Shown here: positions 26,051 through 38,923 of the stretch, piece by piece | How the letters are laid out: every line of letters starts with the position of its first letter | How positions within the stretch are numbered: the first letter of the stretch is position 1 | From: Euprymna scolopes | Lineage: Eukaryota | Reading direction: 5' to 3' (one strand) | Length of the DNA stretch: 64,000 bases | Assembly: GCA_053919585.1 (NCBI GenBank) | Contig: CM132785.1 | Notes under the pieces: generated by a model | Database searches by the model: none | Seen by the model: the letters and a program-made list of their open reading frames with translations, nothing else | What the model was told of the DNA's origin: nothing | Position numbers and translations under genes: made by a program

Positions 26051-26279
26051 GAGTGTGAATTAAGGTTACTTTTGATCTGTCACATCCATTCATAGAAGTT
26101 GCAACAAAATCTTTTGAATATTTTTTTAGGGAAAATAGCAAAAGATTTATTTACAATTTGCTTAAATTATTTTCCAATTAACTGTAGATGCTCCTCTTTT
26201 TATTACTTGGTCTGTAACAACGGAAATTTATGATTCCCCATTAACTGGTTATAAGTGGTATATATTCATGAAGATGAAA

Positions 26280-26744
26280 NNNNNNNNNNNNNNNNNNNNN
26301 NNNNNNNNNNNNNNNNNNNNNNNNNNNNNNNNNNNNNNNNNNNNNNNNNNNNNNNNNNNNNNNNNNNNNNNNNNNNNNNNNNNNNNNNNNNNNNNNNNNN
26401 NNNNNNNNNNNNNNNNNNNNNNNNNNNNNNNNNNNNNNNNNNNNNNNNNNNNNNNNNNNNNNNNNNNNNNNNNNNNNNNNNNNNNNNNNNNNNNNNNNNN
26501 NNNNNNNNNNNNNNNNNNNNNNNNNNNNNNNNNNNNNNNNNNNNNNNNNNNNNNNNNNNNNNNNNNNNNNNNNNNNNNNNNNNNNNNNNNNNNNNNNNNN
26601 NNNNNNNNNNNNNNNNNNNNNNNNNNNNNNNNNNNNNNNNNNNNNNNNNNNNNNNNNNNNNNNNNNNNNNNNNNNNNNNNNNNNNNNNNNNNNNNNNNNN
26701 NNNNNNNNNNNNNNNNNNNNNNNNNNNNNNNNNNNNNNNNNNNN
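26280..26744. other. Assembly gap (465 N)
   Basis: Run of n. Confidence 1.
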
Positions 26745-26855
26745 TCTGTCTTTCTATGCGTGTCTGTCTTTCTATGCGTGTCTGTCTTTCTATGCGTGTC
26801 TGTCTTTCTATGCGTGTCTGTCTTTCTATGCGTGTCTGTCTTTCTATGCGTGTCT
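26745..26855 (+). repeat. 18-bp minisatellite (TCTGTCTTTCTATGCGTG) x6, abutting the gap
   Basis: Six perfect visible copies; the array probably continues into the gap. Confidence 0.95.
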
Positions 26856-27244
26856 CTCTGTGCTTGCGTGTGTATGTGCATGCCTGTCTTTATATATTTC
26901 TCTCTGTGTATAGAGGCCATGGGAGTGAAATTCCAGCAAGTAGTTTGAACACCTGAAATATGCTTTGTTGACAAGTCTTAAATGGAGGGTGGCCTTGTTT
27001 TCTATTTTGTTTTTCATCTGTTCTTTTTTTTCTTTTTTCTTTAACATTTAAACAATGTTATGAGTCAAGACTGAAGGGGAAATTTTCTTTTGGTATTCAT
27101 TAAATTGTGTGGTAAAGCAATGTTTATGTAAAAATGAGGACAACTGTTGAAAGATAAAAAAAACACAACTTTCCATTTGTTCATGTAAAGTTTTTTTTTT
27201 TTCCCACTATAACTTGCAGGGGCTATTTGTCATAATGATTATTG

Positions 27245-27445
27245 TTCACTAATGGTCAGACCGGGGTTCAATCCTCGTTAGAGACCAACCAAATATCCGA
27301 GAAATAGTACCTTGATAACACTTTGCGAAACACTCGGCGTTATAAGGTGATGATCAATAAAGTAGTGTCCATCCTTACATCTCGATGTAGTAGTAAATGA
27401 AAAAGGAGCCTTCAGGTTGCCCCCGACAGTAGCAGATCGCTTAAT
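27245..27445 (+). mobile_element. Decayed tRNA-derived SINE
   Basis: B-box-like GGTTCAATCC at 27266-27275, body ...ctcgatgtagtagtaaatgaaaaaggagccttcaggttgccc. It resembles a SINE recalled from octopus genomes. Confidence 0.55.
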
Positions 27446-30427
27446 TTTTTTTTTTTTTTTACTATAATTTGAGATCTTTAAAGAAACGTTTCTATTAAGA
27501 AAGTGTTTAGAACACCGTAATTTAATATTACTGCTATTATGATTCATAGAAAATAGAGTATCGATAAGTGAAATTAAAAAAATAGGAAAACGTCTCGAGT
27601 TAGAAAGTTAAAAAACGTATCAATCGGTATAGAAGAGAGAAAAAGAATAACAAATCATCTCAAGACTGCAAAAAATGTAATATATCATGAACAAAAAAGT
27701 TATAAAGTTTTGCAAATAGAATTTACAATATTTATTGTATAACAAAGGACACAAACTAAAAGTATTTATTTCCTTATTCCATAGTTTCCAAAATGGCTCT
27801 TTTTCTCAGGACAAAAGTTAGCAAAATAACTTAGTGTGGCTATAATTTTGCTAGTTAGTACAAAAATTGACATCTTTAAATCTTTTTAGAAAATTAATTT
27901 TCTAAAGAATTTAACCTAAAAGTTCATATATAGAAATGCGTTAGAGTAATGCGATAATACATGCACTTTATTATAGAGGGGAGGATTATTTACTTAGTTT
28001 TAATTTATCTCCCATCTATCCTTTAGTTGATGTGTAACATTTCTATATCTTACAAAGGACCAATGGAAGGTGGCATTATATAAGTATAACGTGTGCCAAG
28101 TTTGAATTCTCTCATCCATAGTATCTGGATGTTGGCAATCTTCAGTTGGTACCGTCTATAATTATCTGATTCGAGAACTGAGGAAAGCACTACCAACAAT
28201 AGAATGAAAAGGTCATCTTCTGTTGATTAATGCAAATCTACGTTTATTGACAGATATACAAATACACTTTAAACGTGTCATATATTTTTATTTAAATATG
28301 ACCAAAATAAATGTTATTTAGCCACCGTCTTAGCTGAAAAGCTTCCTTTTGGTATTTTCACCTTAATTTTTTTTGTTCTCTCTCCAGAGACTTTTTCCTC
28401 TATTGTAACTTAATGCATGAAATGACATTTGGGGTAGGGGAAGGAACCGGTATAGTTCTGAAATTTGGGGGAGGGGAGATAAAGAGGCTCCCATATCCCT
28501 TGCTAAAAAATGCTTGAAAGACAAACTGTTGATTCCTTTTTTTACCTTCAAGATTTTTTTCAAAAGTAGGATGTTAGTATCAGTTGAACAAGATACTTTA
28601 ACTCTGAACGAAGTCATGAGCTCACATTTTTATTTTTTATTTTTTTGCATTAGAAGCAGGTGTAAAAAGATCTTTGCCTATCATAAACATAACGTTGATG
28701 ACAGTTTTCGTTACCTGATCATCAATCTGTGACCTTGCTCATCCGCAACATCCGAGGATAAAATAAACTGTTCTTTTCTTAGAGGATATCGATAACTATT
28801 TTTTTTAATTGTATTTGAGAATATATATTTTTATGAAGTGCTATTATTTTGTATACAGCTTTTGTTTTCTACTCTTAAATCAGTTTTTTCCTCCCTCGGT
28901 TACTGAAACTTCAGTCCCTGTATCTAGGGTTTCATTTTACCTTTACTGGTTGACAAGATGTGAATATTATTTTTCTTATTTCTCTAATGATCTCATGCCA
29001 TAAAATTGACAGCACACGTTTTCCATTGCTTCTAAACTGAAGTTCTCTCTCATATATCTATGAAATTGTGTGTACATTTCCCTACCAAACTATTGTCAAT
29101 TTTTAGTCTACACACTCTAGATTTGACATAAGAGGTATTGAGATTTGGGAAAATCTTTTTAATCGGTTTTCGACCAGAAATTTGGCTGTCAAGGGGGTCA
29201 AAGTTCAATGATTTGACCTTTTGAAAACTCTACCAAGCTCCTCCGCCAATATTTTAAATTATAGATCTATTATATTTTAGAATATCTTGTCCTTTTCTTT
29301 TCCATGTTAAAGCTTAACCGTATTACTTTTCATGCTCGCATTTTTCTATTGTAATTCGTACAAATATGGAGAATTTCTTTCTACAAAAGATTTTTTTTTT
29401 TTACTTACAGTTGAAATATTGGGAGTGGTGCTGTTTTTTGTTTTTTTTAAGGATGGTTTATCTCTAAACATAATCTTTAAAATAAATAACATTTCTCTAC
29501 AGAAATCCAACATGTTTCTGGCATACACTGTAGCATATTAAAGTGTTTGCTAACAGATATTTGATTTTATTTTCAATATTTCCTTTTTATTTGGTTTTGA
29601 CAAATGGAAATTAAGTTGGTTTTTGAATTGATTCTAACTCTCCTTTCATTCCAATATGTCTATTTTAAGTTGTTGCAGCCTGCACTTGAAGTATTCATTA
29701 ATTTTAACAAATCTAAAATTGATTTGATAAATTAATCACTTCAAGAATTTCATTTATCAATTTAAAAAAGAAATCCTGTTAAAGATTATTTAATTGGCAA
29801 AGCTTTCAGAATTCGGATCCATTCATTTTATTTGAACCACCTACGTGCATTTTTTATCCTGCTAATTAATCTGACAGCCAGTAAAATGTAATTATTTATC
29901 ATAAAAATAAATTTTATTGTATTTTTATTTAATTTTTTTTAACCAATTTAAAACGTTCGTATTCAGGAATATTTAAGTTTAAATAAGTTTCGGGATACGT
30001 TTAAAATTTTGTTTGCATAAACGATTACATGAAAATATGAAATTATTTTTGTATAAAAATTCAATATAGCTGTCATATTATGCAACGAAACTATGAATAA
30101 TTCCTTAATGTCTTGCAGATTCAATCTTTAAATTCTATAAGATGTAAAAAAAAAAAAAAAAGAAAAATGATCTCTCTTCGTTTAAACACTGCATAATTTA
30201 AGTTAATCACAAAAATGTCAATTATAGCAAAATAAATTTGTTTTTACTGAAACCATTTTCAGAAACTATATATTCATGATAATCATTCGGTGTTACTTGC
30301 TGCAAGTGACATGGTCCCTGGAGTGGGCAATAGCTTATGCTTATTCTCAATGTGGTCCGATCGGAAGGATTGCTATCAGTTAAATCATATATGCCCGCGA
30401 ACCAGGTCTTCTCGGTTCATCAGATCT

Positions 30428-30667
30428 TGACCGAAAATGTAACGAACATCGATGCTATAGTTTTTTCTAATGATAGTGACCGAAAATGTAACGAACATCG
30501 ATGCTATCATTTTTTTCTAATGATAATGACCGAAAATGTAGCGAACATCGATGCTATAGTTTTTCTAATGATAATGACCGAAAATGTAGCGAACATCCAT
30601 GCTATAGTTTTTTCTAATGATAATGACCGAAAATGTAACGAACATCGAGGCTATAGTTTTTTTTCTT
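30428..30667 (+). repeat. ~49-bp minisatellite, 5 copies
   Basis: GACCGAAAATGTA at 30429, 30478, 30528, 30576 and 30625 (periods 49, 50, 48, 49). Confidence 0.95.
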
Positions 30668-30949
30668 TCACTTTGCAAAACTCTTATGTTTTGCAAAATA
30701 AAAAAAATAAAAAATGTTCCCCTAAAAAAAAACAAGCAAACTAAAACACTGACTAAATGTTTTATATAAACAATTGAAGCATGAAACCTTTTCCAAAATT
30801 ATTGAATTCAACACTAAATCAGAAAAGGGTTGATATAGTGTAAAACGACCAACCTCTGTCTACCATGTCCTATACTAGCTGGGATAGCGAGGCAAGTTTT
30901 CAGGTGATACAAGAAGTTGACCTGTTCACATGGCCACAATATCTGAAAT

Positions 30950-31230
30950 ATGAAGCATGTAAGACATAATCCCATCAATACCAAGCTAATAATGAAACCC
31001 GGTTAAAGGGATCCTTGCTTCTAGTTGGCTGCTGCACCTGAACATAATATCATCTATACACCGAAGCTGTTGCAGATTAAAAGTGTTTGAGGCCCATGTC
31101 TCAGTCTCATGCAAGATGGCAGAGCGAACATGGACAAAAGACTTTGACCTGGAAGATGTACCTAAACGTAAAAATTGGTAACAGCTTTCAGAGTGTTCGC
31201 TAAAGAACAGAACATCGAGTAATGACACAT
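30950..31230 (-). mobile_element. RTE-clade LINE relic
   Basis: VRSAILHETETW...LQQLRCIDDIMFR resembles the RTE motif VRSAMLHGSETW...LxRLxRND..MxR. Confidence 0.6.
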
Positions 31231-31682
31231 ATTTTCATCAGATTATTAACATCGGGCTTACAGGAGTGGTTTAATGGATACAATTGCAGACTATGGAATT
31301 GGTTATGTTAGATTTAAATCAATTATGGAGTAATATCTATCTTGTATAGCAACTTATTTTAACTAATTGCATACAACGAATCGTTTATATCATTCCAGTA
31401 TTAATCCTAAGTGTTGATATGTCAAAAAATTAAAGAAATGGAGTTGTTGATGAGATCAAACTATCATCCAACAAAGATACCAGTGTTTTTAATGACTAAA
31501 AATATAGGGACCCGTTCAGTCTTTAGACAATAGATCCTCTCTATAAGGCTATTGTGCACGTGATTTTATAGCAAAGGTTGCACAATCACTAACCACACCT
31601 ACACCTATCCAGAATCGCTGCTGTTCGATTCTTGTAGCAAAAAGTCTCTGAAGTTTATACAAACAGATAAATGGAGAGCATA

Positions 31683-31790
31683 TACAGCACCTGGTATTCT
31701 TAAATGGTCACCCAAATTAGTACTGGCGAGACTCAACGTTGCTTAACTCCGGTGATCTCACAAGAACTGGTGTTACGTGATTATGCTGTA
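31683..31790 (-). pseudogene. 5S rRNA-derived pseudogene or SINE3-type head
   Basis: tacagcacctggtattc...ggtcaccca...agtact...tgcttaact.cggtgatc...tatgctgta aligns over ~108 nt with the reverse complement of metazoan 5S rRNA, with many substitutions. Confidence 0.75.
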
Positions 31791-34700
31791 TATTAAGGTA
31801 AATAACTCGGTTTATATTAATATTTTACCAACTGAATATTTGTGGGAACGATCTAAATTAGTATTTAAATAAATTCCTTGCTATCTTTCCTTGTCTGTAT
31901 CTACTTTCCTTTCCTCCTTTTTTGTATTATAGAATTTAATTTTCATAAAATTACATATGCATTACAAAAAAATAATACCGGCAGCTACAGAAATCGTAAA
32001 ATATAAGACATTGTCTTCATATTCGACATAATCCAGTAACTCTGCAGAGATTGTCATCCAATTCTATTGTTCAGCACATTCGACATGTCTGAGGAATAAC
32101 ACTATTCTGCTTGATATTGGTCTAGATTTTCCTTGTGAAGGCTCTCCAAAAAACTTTAGATCGAGTATTTATGTTCTGCACAGAATTCTATGAAACCAAT
32201 TCTAAGATCTTAATTGTTTTAATAAAAATCGCTCCAGACAAGACATAAAGTCACTTAATGTAAGCTGTAAACTAGTACTTCAATGTCAAAACAATAATTT
32301 ATTAACAGTATGTAGATAAAGAAAATAGCAATTTTCTACCTTTTCTCAGAAAAATCGTTCTTGGAATGTAAATATTAAGACAAATGAAGGAAAGTGAGTT
32401 AAGGTTGTCGAAAATAAACACTACATCCACTTTTTATATCACCCAGTTTCAGAATAGTTGGCTTTGTTAGTGAATTTGTGTCTTAAAAAATTGATAGAAA
32501 ATAATTTTAATAGAATGTATGCACGAATAAGAATTCATATTCTATTTAAATTTGGTTTTTAATTTTCTTAAACGTCTTGCAGAAGTAAAATTGGTGTGAA
32601 TTTCTAAAAGCCAGTGTAGCAATTAGTGCTACTTCTGATGCCATTAGTCAAATTTTGAGGGATTTTTTTTATTTTTTTATTTTTTATAAAAAAGTAAAAT
32701 TCCAAATGGGGAAAAATCTTCATGACTTTCTGAAAATTGCAAAGAATATTCTTAATGATTTTATTTAAATAAACAAATTAATCGAAAATATTTGATTCCA
32801 AAAACTAAATCCGTTTTTTGTTTTCTTTTCCTTCTCTTACCTTGTAGCCATTCTAATTTACTGCCACACATTGCAACACCTTTTCGTGTGTTAAACTGTT
32901 CAATTTTGCTTCTCGTTATGAAAGAAAGGAAATAAAGAGCTTTGCTATTTCAGCTCCTTTGTGAATCTGCTAATTGACTGAATTTGACCATTTGCTTGGA
33001 GTGAGACTGAAAATTGGAAACAAAACTATTTTACTAAAATAAAGGAAAATAGTGTGTGGGGGATTATTAATCTCACTCCCACTGTGCGATAGTGTGACAC
33101 AAGGGTCGAAAAGTGGGATTTTTAAGCCAATGCTCAAGAGAAAGATCACTCTGGCCTGCAAAAAAATCTGACCAGCCCAATCGGCATCCCCAAATAAGCG
33201 ATTAGCAATAAACTAACCCTCTGTAAAGCTAAACGTCAATGCATGCGAGGGTGGAGCTCCTAAAAGTGTACAAGACTAGCAATATACTGCAGTCAACCGG
33301 GGAAAAGGCAATTTCAATAATGGCTCATAATTTGTTGGCTTTGGTGCCAACAGAAAATCTCAGGAATTTTATCAAGTTACTCGTTACTAGTCTGAGATTA
33401 AAAGATTACGGTTTAAATTTGAACATTACTCGGTTTTCAATATGCGATTGCACATAGATATGGGCATAGAGTAACATTATCGGAATATTTTATATTGTAT
33501 TTTTGTTGAGAGACTTTGGCACAGAGCTCACAAAAATCATGACTCTGGTGTGCACAAAGTCTTACTCCTTAGTCACAGCTATTATTTAGCCTGCAAGGTT
33601 GCAAATGTTACTCCCAATACAGAAGCAACAGTGGTTACACGCGAAGTCTGGGAAGGTTTGCTGCAGAATCTACGTTGCCACTTTTGATTCATTTTTTTCC
33701 CCCCTTGTTGCACAAAAACATGGCGACAGATAATGAAAAGTAAAACAAGGTTAGTAAGAGTTGAAGACGTCCGCTGCATGGGGAGAAATGATATAAGAAT
33801 GATAGGATGGATATGTAATGTAAGTCTTTAAAAGAAAAAAAAATTAGATTTGATGACCTCAAAGGAAGATAAAAGCTGGACAGTATAGAGATATGCTGAT
33901 CAAGATTTTCATAGTAAGGCCGCATTGAATGAATCGAGAATTCTTGAATTAGACATAGAACAGTTAATATAGCAAGGTCAGTTCATTGGAAGGGCATTGA
34001 AGACCAGAGGTGAATTTGATTGTAGGAGGGATAAAGAATTGGCCAGTGATAAGTTTTTAAGTCAATTTTTTAAAGCAACACATGCCGAAAATATAAAAAG
34101 GATTTAAAATTCATTTTCGATATTGTTTTTAGTTTAAATAACACAAGAGGGTTGATATGCCATAAGATAACCGAACTTGATCATTAACGTGAACGATTTT
34201 AAAGACATCGTTAATTTTATCAATTTTTTATGAATACTGTAAGTGAAGAAATTGTCACTAATTCTAGAACTTAATTTCTTCTAAATAATTGTCATCTCCC
34301 AATTTTTGTGTCAATATCAGGTTCTGTAATGTCTCTTAATTATGAGTGATGCAACTTCAAAGTTCTAATCTATAGTGGGAGAGTCGCAAACAGTTCACAG
34401 GAAGAATAGGACACAGGGTTCATGCTGCTTTTTTTTCTTTTTTTTTTTTATCCTGTTCTCAGTTTGATGCTTTGACGTGTTCTCCATTTGACAGTTTGTT
34501 CCAATGAGGACGGGTCTACTGTTGGTTAAGGCCAGGGTGTCTTTAGCTGGTCTTTATAGCCCATTTTCGTGACTTTGGGGAGTTTAGATAGATCCATTCT
34601 GTGTTTGCCCAGTAGAGAAAGTGATGGATGATGGTGGCATTGATGTTGGATACCAAGGTTTGATGCAAAATTTCTGTGTTCAATATGTGGCTCTCCAAAG

Positions 34701-35765
34701 CGATTTTTATTTTCAAGACAAATTCTTAAAAAATAATATACCATGCATTGCACCGGTTGGTAGAACGAGTCAGCATTGTTTTCCTTGTACCCAAATATTC
34801 AGATTCTTTAAGACTGACTTACTACTTGTTTGGTAGTCAGTCAGTGATGAGCTATCTTTCTGCCTGTCAGAATTTAATGATCAAAATCAGATTTTATTTT
34901 TCAACTGATTCCATTTTGGATAGGGAGTCTGGAAAAAGATTTATCTCAATTTTTATATTATAATTGATTAAAGTAGGAAATTGGCTATTTTCAGCAGCCT
35001 CGAGAGCACTGTATAATGTTGCAACTGAATGTAAATTGGTAAATGAACTAAACGATGTTTGTTTTTTTATTAGTTTTTTTTCTTTCATTGCTTACATCAC
35101 TAAAACCAGCAAGTTTTAAAACGCGTCTTTCACAAAAGACGTGTAAAACTCGTTCCTTGATTTATGTGCATAATTAATAATTTGAAAGCTTTTTCTCTCC
35201 TAATGGTATTTTTCCATTTCACTATTAATGCGATTTGTGTAAATGTCTCGGGGGGGGGGGGAATAGCTTCACAAATATTTTGAATTGTAGGTGAATGAAT
35301 AGGCTGAAGAAAATGGAAAATTATTCTAGATTGATTTTTTTTTTCCGTTTTTGTTTATCTGTAATCAGCATGTCTTTCATATTCTTGTAAAGAAATGCTA
35401 AACTCCTCAGAATCAACTGCAAAATAGTTTCCGAATGCACACTTGATCGTTTGCATGGATTTTGTTGCATCTACTGAATTGAGAAACTCGAGGATTAAAC
35501 TGAGGATTTGTGTAGAATGTCATTTTCAGTAAAGAAAGAAAAACCTGCTTAGTACACGATACACACATACACGCTACACACAGCACGTACATACACGTGT
35601 GTGTATATACTACAAATATATATATTCCTATATTTTTTGTGTGTATGGATATTCAATATTAAGCTTTTTCTGTTTATTTAAAGAGAAAATACAACTTTGT
35701 TATATATGGGTTGTTGAATTACATTCACTCCCAAAAGATCTAGCTAATTTGCTTATTTTTTAGCA

Positions 35766-36256
35766 TCTATATATTAATACGATAGCGTGTGTTCTGTGTG
35801 TCACGCTTACATCCGGGTCGTTTATGTTTATTTCTTGTCATAAATAAATTTACCAAGAGTTCTTCATAAGTTTTAGTTTCAGTTTCGATTATGGCTGAAG
35901 GAACTCGGGTTATGAAAAAATATTAGTTTTTATTTTGGTTTCGATTCAAGCTAATGCACCCAAATCATAAATATTTTTTTTTATTTTTGAAATTGTAACT
36001 TTATAACATAAAAATTGATAGAACATTAATTCTATAATATATTCGAAATCTGCAAGAATTAAAATATATTTAAGCGTACTTTGCAACCGGGTTTACCGAT
36101 CGTTCATGCTAGCTTAGATAAATACTTTTGCAGTATTAACAAAAAGCCTACAATAATATCAGAGCCTCTCCATTCACATTGAACATCTACAGAATGCCAA
36201 CCTAAATATATTACATATGAATGAGTCCCCTGTGGAATTTCCACAGGTCCCACTAG
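35766..36256 (+). mobile_element. Composite non-autonomous Helitron with two 3' ends
   Basis: A|TCTATATATTAA start; first hairpin and CTAG at 36109-36112; second hairpin (CCTGTGGAATTTCCACAGG) and CTAG|T at 36253-36257. Confidence 0.75.
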
Positions 36257-36425
36257 TTTTAATTCCTATTAGTTTTTTTTTTTTCAGTTTTATGGGATGA
36301 TCATCTTTAGTTTACAATTACGTGTAATTATATTCATGCAGATATTTTACATGCTTAATATTTTAATATTTTACTTGCGTAATATTTGTAAAAAGGTTAT
36401 AGTAAACACACACCTCTTTATTATT

Positions 36426-36459
<34 letters not shown>

Positions 36460-36460
<1 letters not shown>

Positions 36461-36841
36461 GTGTATATATTTAAAAAGAAAATTTGCCTGCTAAACTGTC
36501 AGTTTTTGGTTTACAGACATGAAACTTAGGATATTCGAACTCATACTTTTATATTTGGGGAAAATCGGCGTGAAAATGAAAAAAATGGAATTTGCCATGT
36601 GAAAGTCGAACGATAGCATTACGAATAAGCATGCGTAACGTAATAGCTATTAGTTCATGTTTTAATTTTGAGCCTTGCTGCAAACATGTCTTCATAGCTC
36701 GGGCATTAACGTCAAAGGCAAAAGTAGATTTTTCTTAACTTTTTTAAATAATTACTATGTATTGGGTCCAATATAATATTCTGCATTCATCAAACTATCA
36801 TATTTAAGTTTACAACCGGGCGATTTCGGGCAGCCTGCTAG
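36460..36841 (+). mobile_element. Non-autonomous Helitron
   Basis: 3' end caaccgggcgatttcgggcagcctgCTAG; 5' end degenerate and approximate. Confidence 0.55.
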
Positions 36842-36878
<37 letters not shown>

Positions 36879-36879
<1 letters not shown>

Positions 36880-37521
36880 CATAAGGAATACCCGAAAAGA
36901 CTAAAACGAAAAATCACAATACTAAAATCCAAGAATCCAAAAAATATCAAAATAGAATGAAAGCACCCCTACCCTTATTTCAGAAGAGCCAGCCCCCCCT
37001 CCCCACACATACACATTAGTAATGACCTCGGACCACAGCCGCCTTCCTAAGGAAGCAAATAACCCCCAAATACTATAAAACAATATACACATTCCCAAAC
37101 CAATAAAAGCAAACACGCATGCACGCACACACACCCTACCCCACCCTAAAGGAAAAGAAAAAAACATTAGCAGAAAGAGATAGCGACTACAGCCAGGTCA
37201 ACGTCTCCCTGGACAAGCCCAATAAAAGAGCAATAAAAATTGAGCATACCAATGAATAATAAACACTTACAAGCCTCCACCCCTTGGAAAAACTTAAAAT
37301 TAACTACGAAAATCGCCATTTTTACATCTCCAACACATTTGAAAATAATTACTGACGAGGACGCATCACAGACCGTCTGAAACGCGCGTAACAACGATTT
37401 CAATGACTTAAAAACATTATTACAATGATCCAAACATAATTCTCAATGAAAAACCAAGACACGGAATAATAAAATAATGTTAAAAAATACACATTGTTGG
37501 TGACTAGTCCCTTATTTAAAG
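36879..37521 (+). mobile_element. Probable Penelope-like element remnant (pLTR region) between two (TA)n tracts
   Basis: A/C-rich, strand-skewed block bounded by (TA)n at 36849-36878 and 37522-37535; contains a hammerhead core. Confidence 0.5.
37339..37403 (+). ncRNA. Minimal type I hammerhead ribozyme motif (stem I decayed)
   Basis: CUGACGA-GGACG(catcacagac)CGUCU-GAAAC-GCGC-GUA: complete catalytic core, 5-bp stem II and 2-bp stem III with a palindromic GCGC loop. Confidence 0.75.
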
Positions 37522-38923
37522 ATATATATATATATGACCCTGAAAATTATAACATTTTAAGAGCATGTTTCTATGAAATCGGAAGTTTAGGTTAACCAAT
37601 GACTGTCATCATTTGACCAAAACTGTAGGTTTATTTTCGTAAACAAGTCGCTAATAGTCGTGGGCGATATCACTTGCTGCTGTTATCCAGATACCGTTTC
37701 ACTGTGTCGCTGCTCTTGAGTGCAGCTAGACTAGTATCCACCCAAGCTAGGTTGGAAATAAAGAAATTAAATTGAACTCAGCAGGGTAAATAGAATGTCT
37801 AATTTATGATTTTAAAAATGTAGTTTTAACTGATTGTTACTTGAATTTCTAATTTTCTCATAACTTCTTGTATACATTATTATATAGCTGTTTTTATATA
37901 TAAGTAAAATATTAAATATTTACACCTGTAAAATACACGTACATGCTAGTTTGTATGAATAAAACTATTCTAGTTTTTCATTAGATTATGTAAAAGATCA
38001 TAGTCGGTTTTATATTATCGTTTTACTGCTGTTTATCATAGCCTTGTAGCAAACGTGCTCTAGCTAAAAATTTAATATAGAACTTGCAAAATTTTGTGGT
38101 AAGTTTTATTTATTTATTTTTTTCTAATCTATTTTAAAACTTGATTTTAATTACTGCGCAAGGCTGACAAGCTCTGACAGTTTAAGCCTGAGATGAGGGG
38201 AAGGAGGTCAGAAGAGGCTGTGGTTATGTCCTGCTCCCCCCCCCCCGCGCATGCTGTCTGTCCATGTATGGGGGTGGGGGGAAGGAAGTAGTATAAACAA
38301 AAGACATCCAGGTGAATCTCTCTTCTCCCCTCCCACCCCCATAGCTGCTGCTGTTGCTCTAATCACTTCCTTCATCTGCTTCCTTTATCTTCATCGAAAC
38401 TGGTTGACAAGATGAATACTTCTGTGATGTGATAATTGGATTGAAGAGAAAACGACTCTAATGATTGGTGAATTGTATTTGATTGCTGAAGAGACACTGA
38501 ACTTTTCTTGGGAGAATAATATTAAAGTGCATGCTGGCTAACAGTTCAAAGTAAAGTATACTGGAATTGCATTGACTCTGTTATACAGGTGAACTATGGA
38601 AATAAAATTGGTAAAAGTACATAATAGTTTACATGAGTATTCGTACCACCCACAAAAAATAACTTCTATAAAACTCAATAGAATGAATGTCTCTACCGAA
38701 CCCAAGCAGTTTGAAAATTTGGACAGTATTTCTAAGGTGTTTATAAATTATAGAAGTACGAAATATTTAACTCTTTTAAACACGTAAAACAAAACTGGAA
38801 CTGTAGTCTTCATTGTCAAAGACAGATTTCATAAAAAAACAACAAAAAACTATTCTTACAAATAATTTTTTATATTTAAGAACTATGAGGCTTTGGTATA
38901 GAATTACATTGCTTTTATATAAA

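Noticed and set aside
26249-26974. Long ORFs across the N gap
   Set aside because: Artefacts of Ns plus an 18-bp repeat.
30428-30667. CRISPR-like array
   Set aside because: Head-to-tail units with no unique spacers, no cas genes, eukaryotic context.
31683-31790. Functional 5S rRNA gene
   Set aside because: Too many substitutions and indels, and not in a tandem array.
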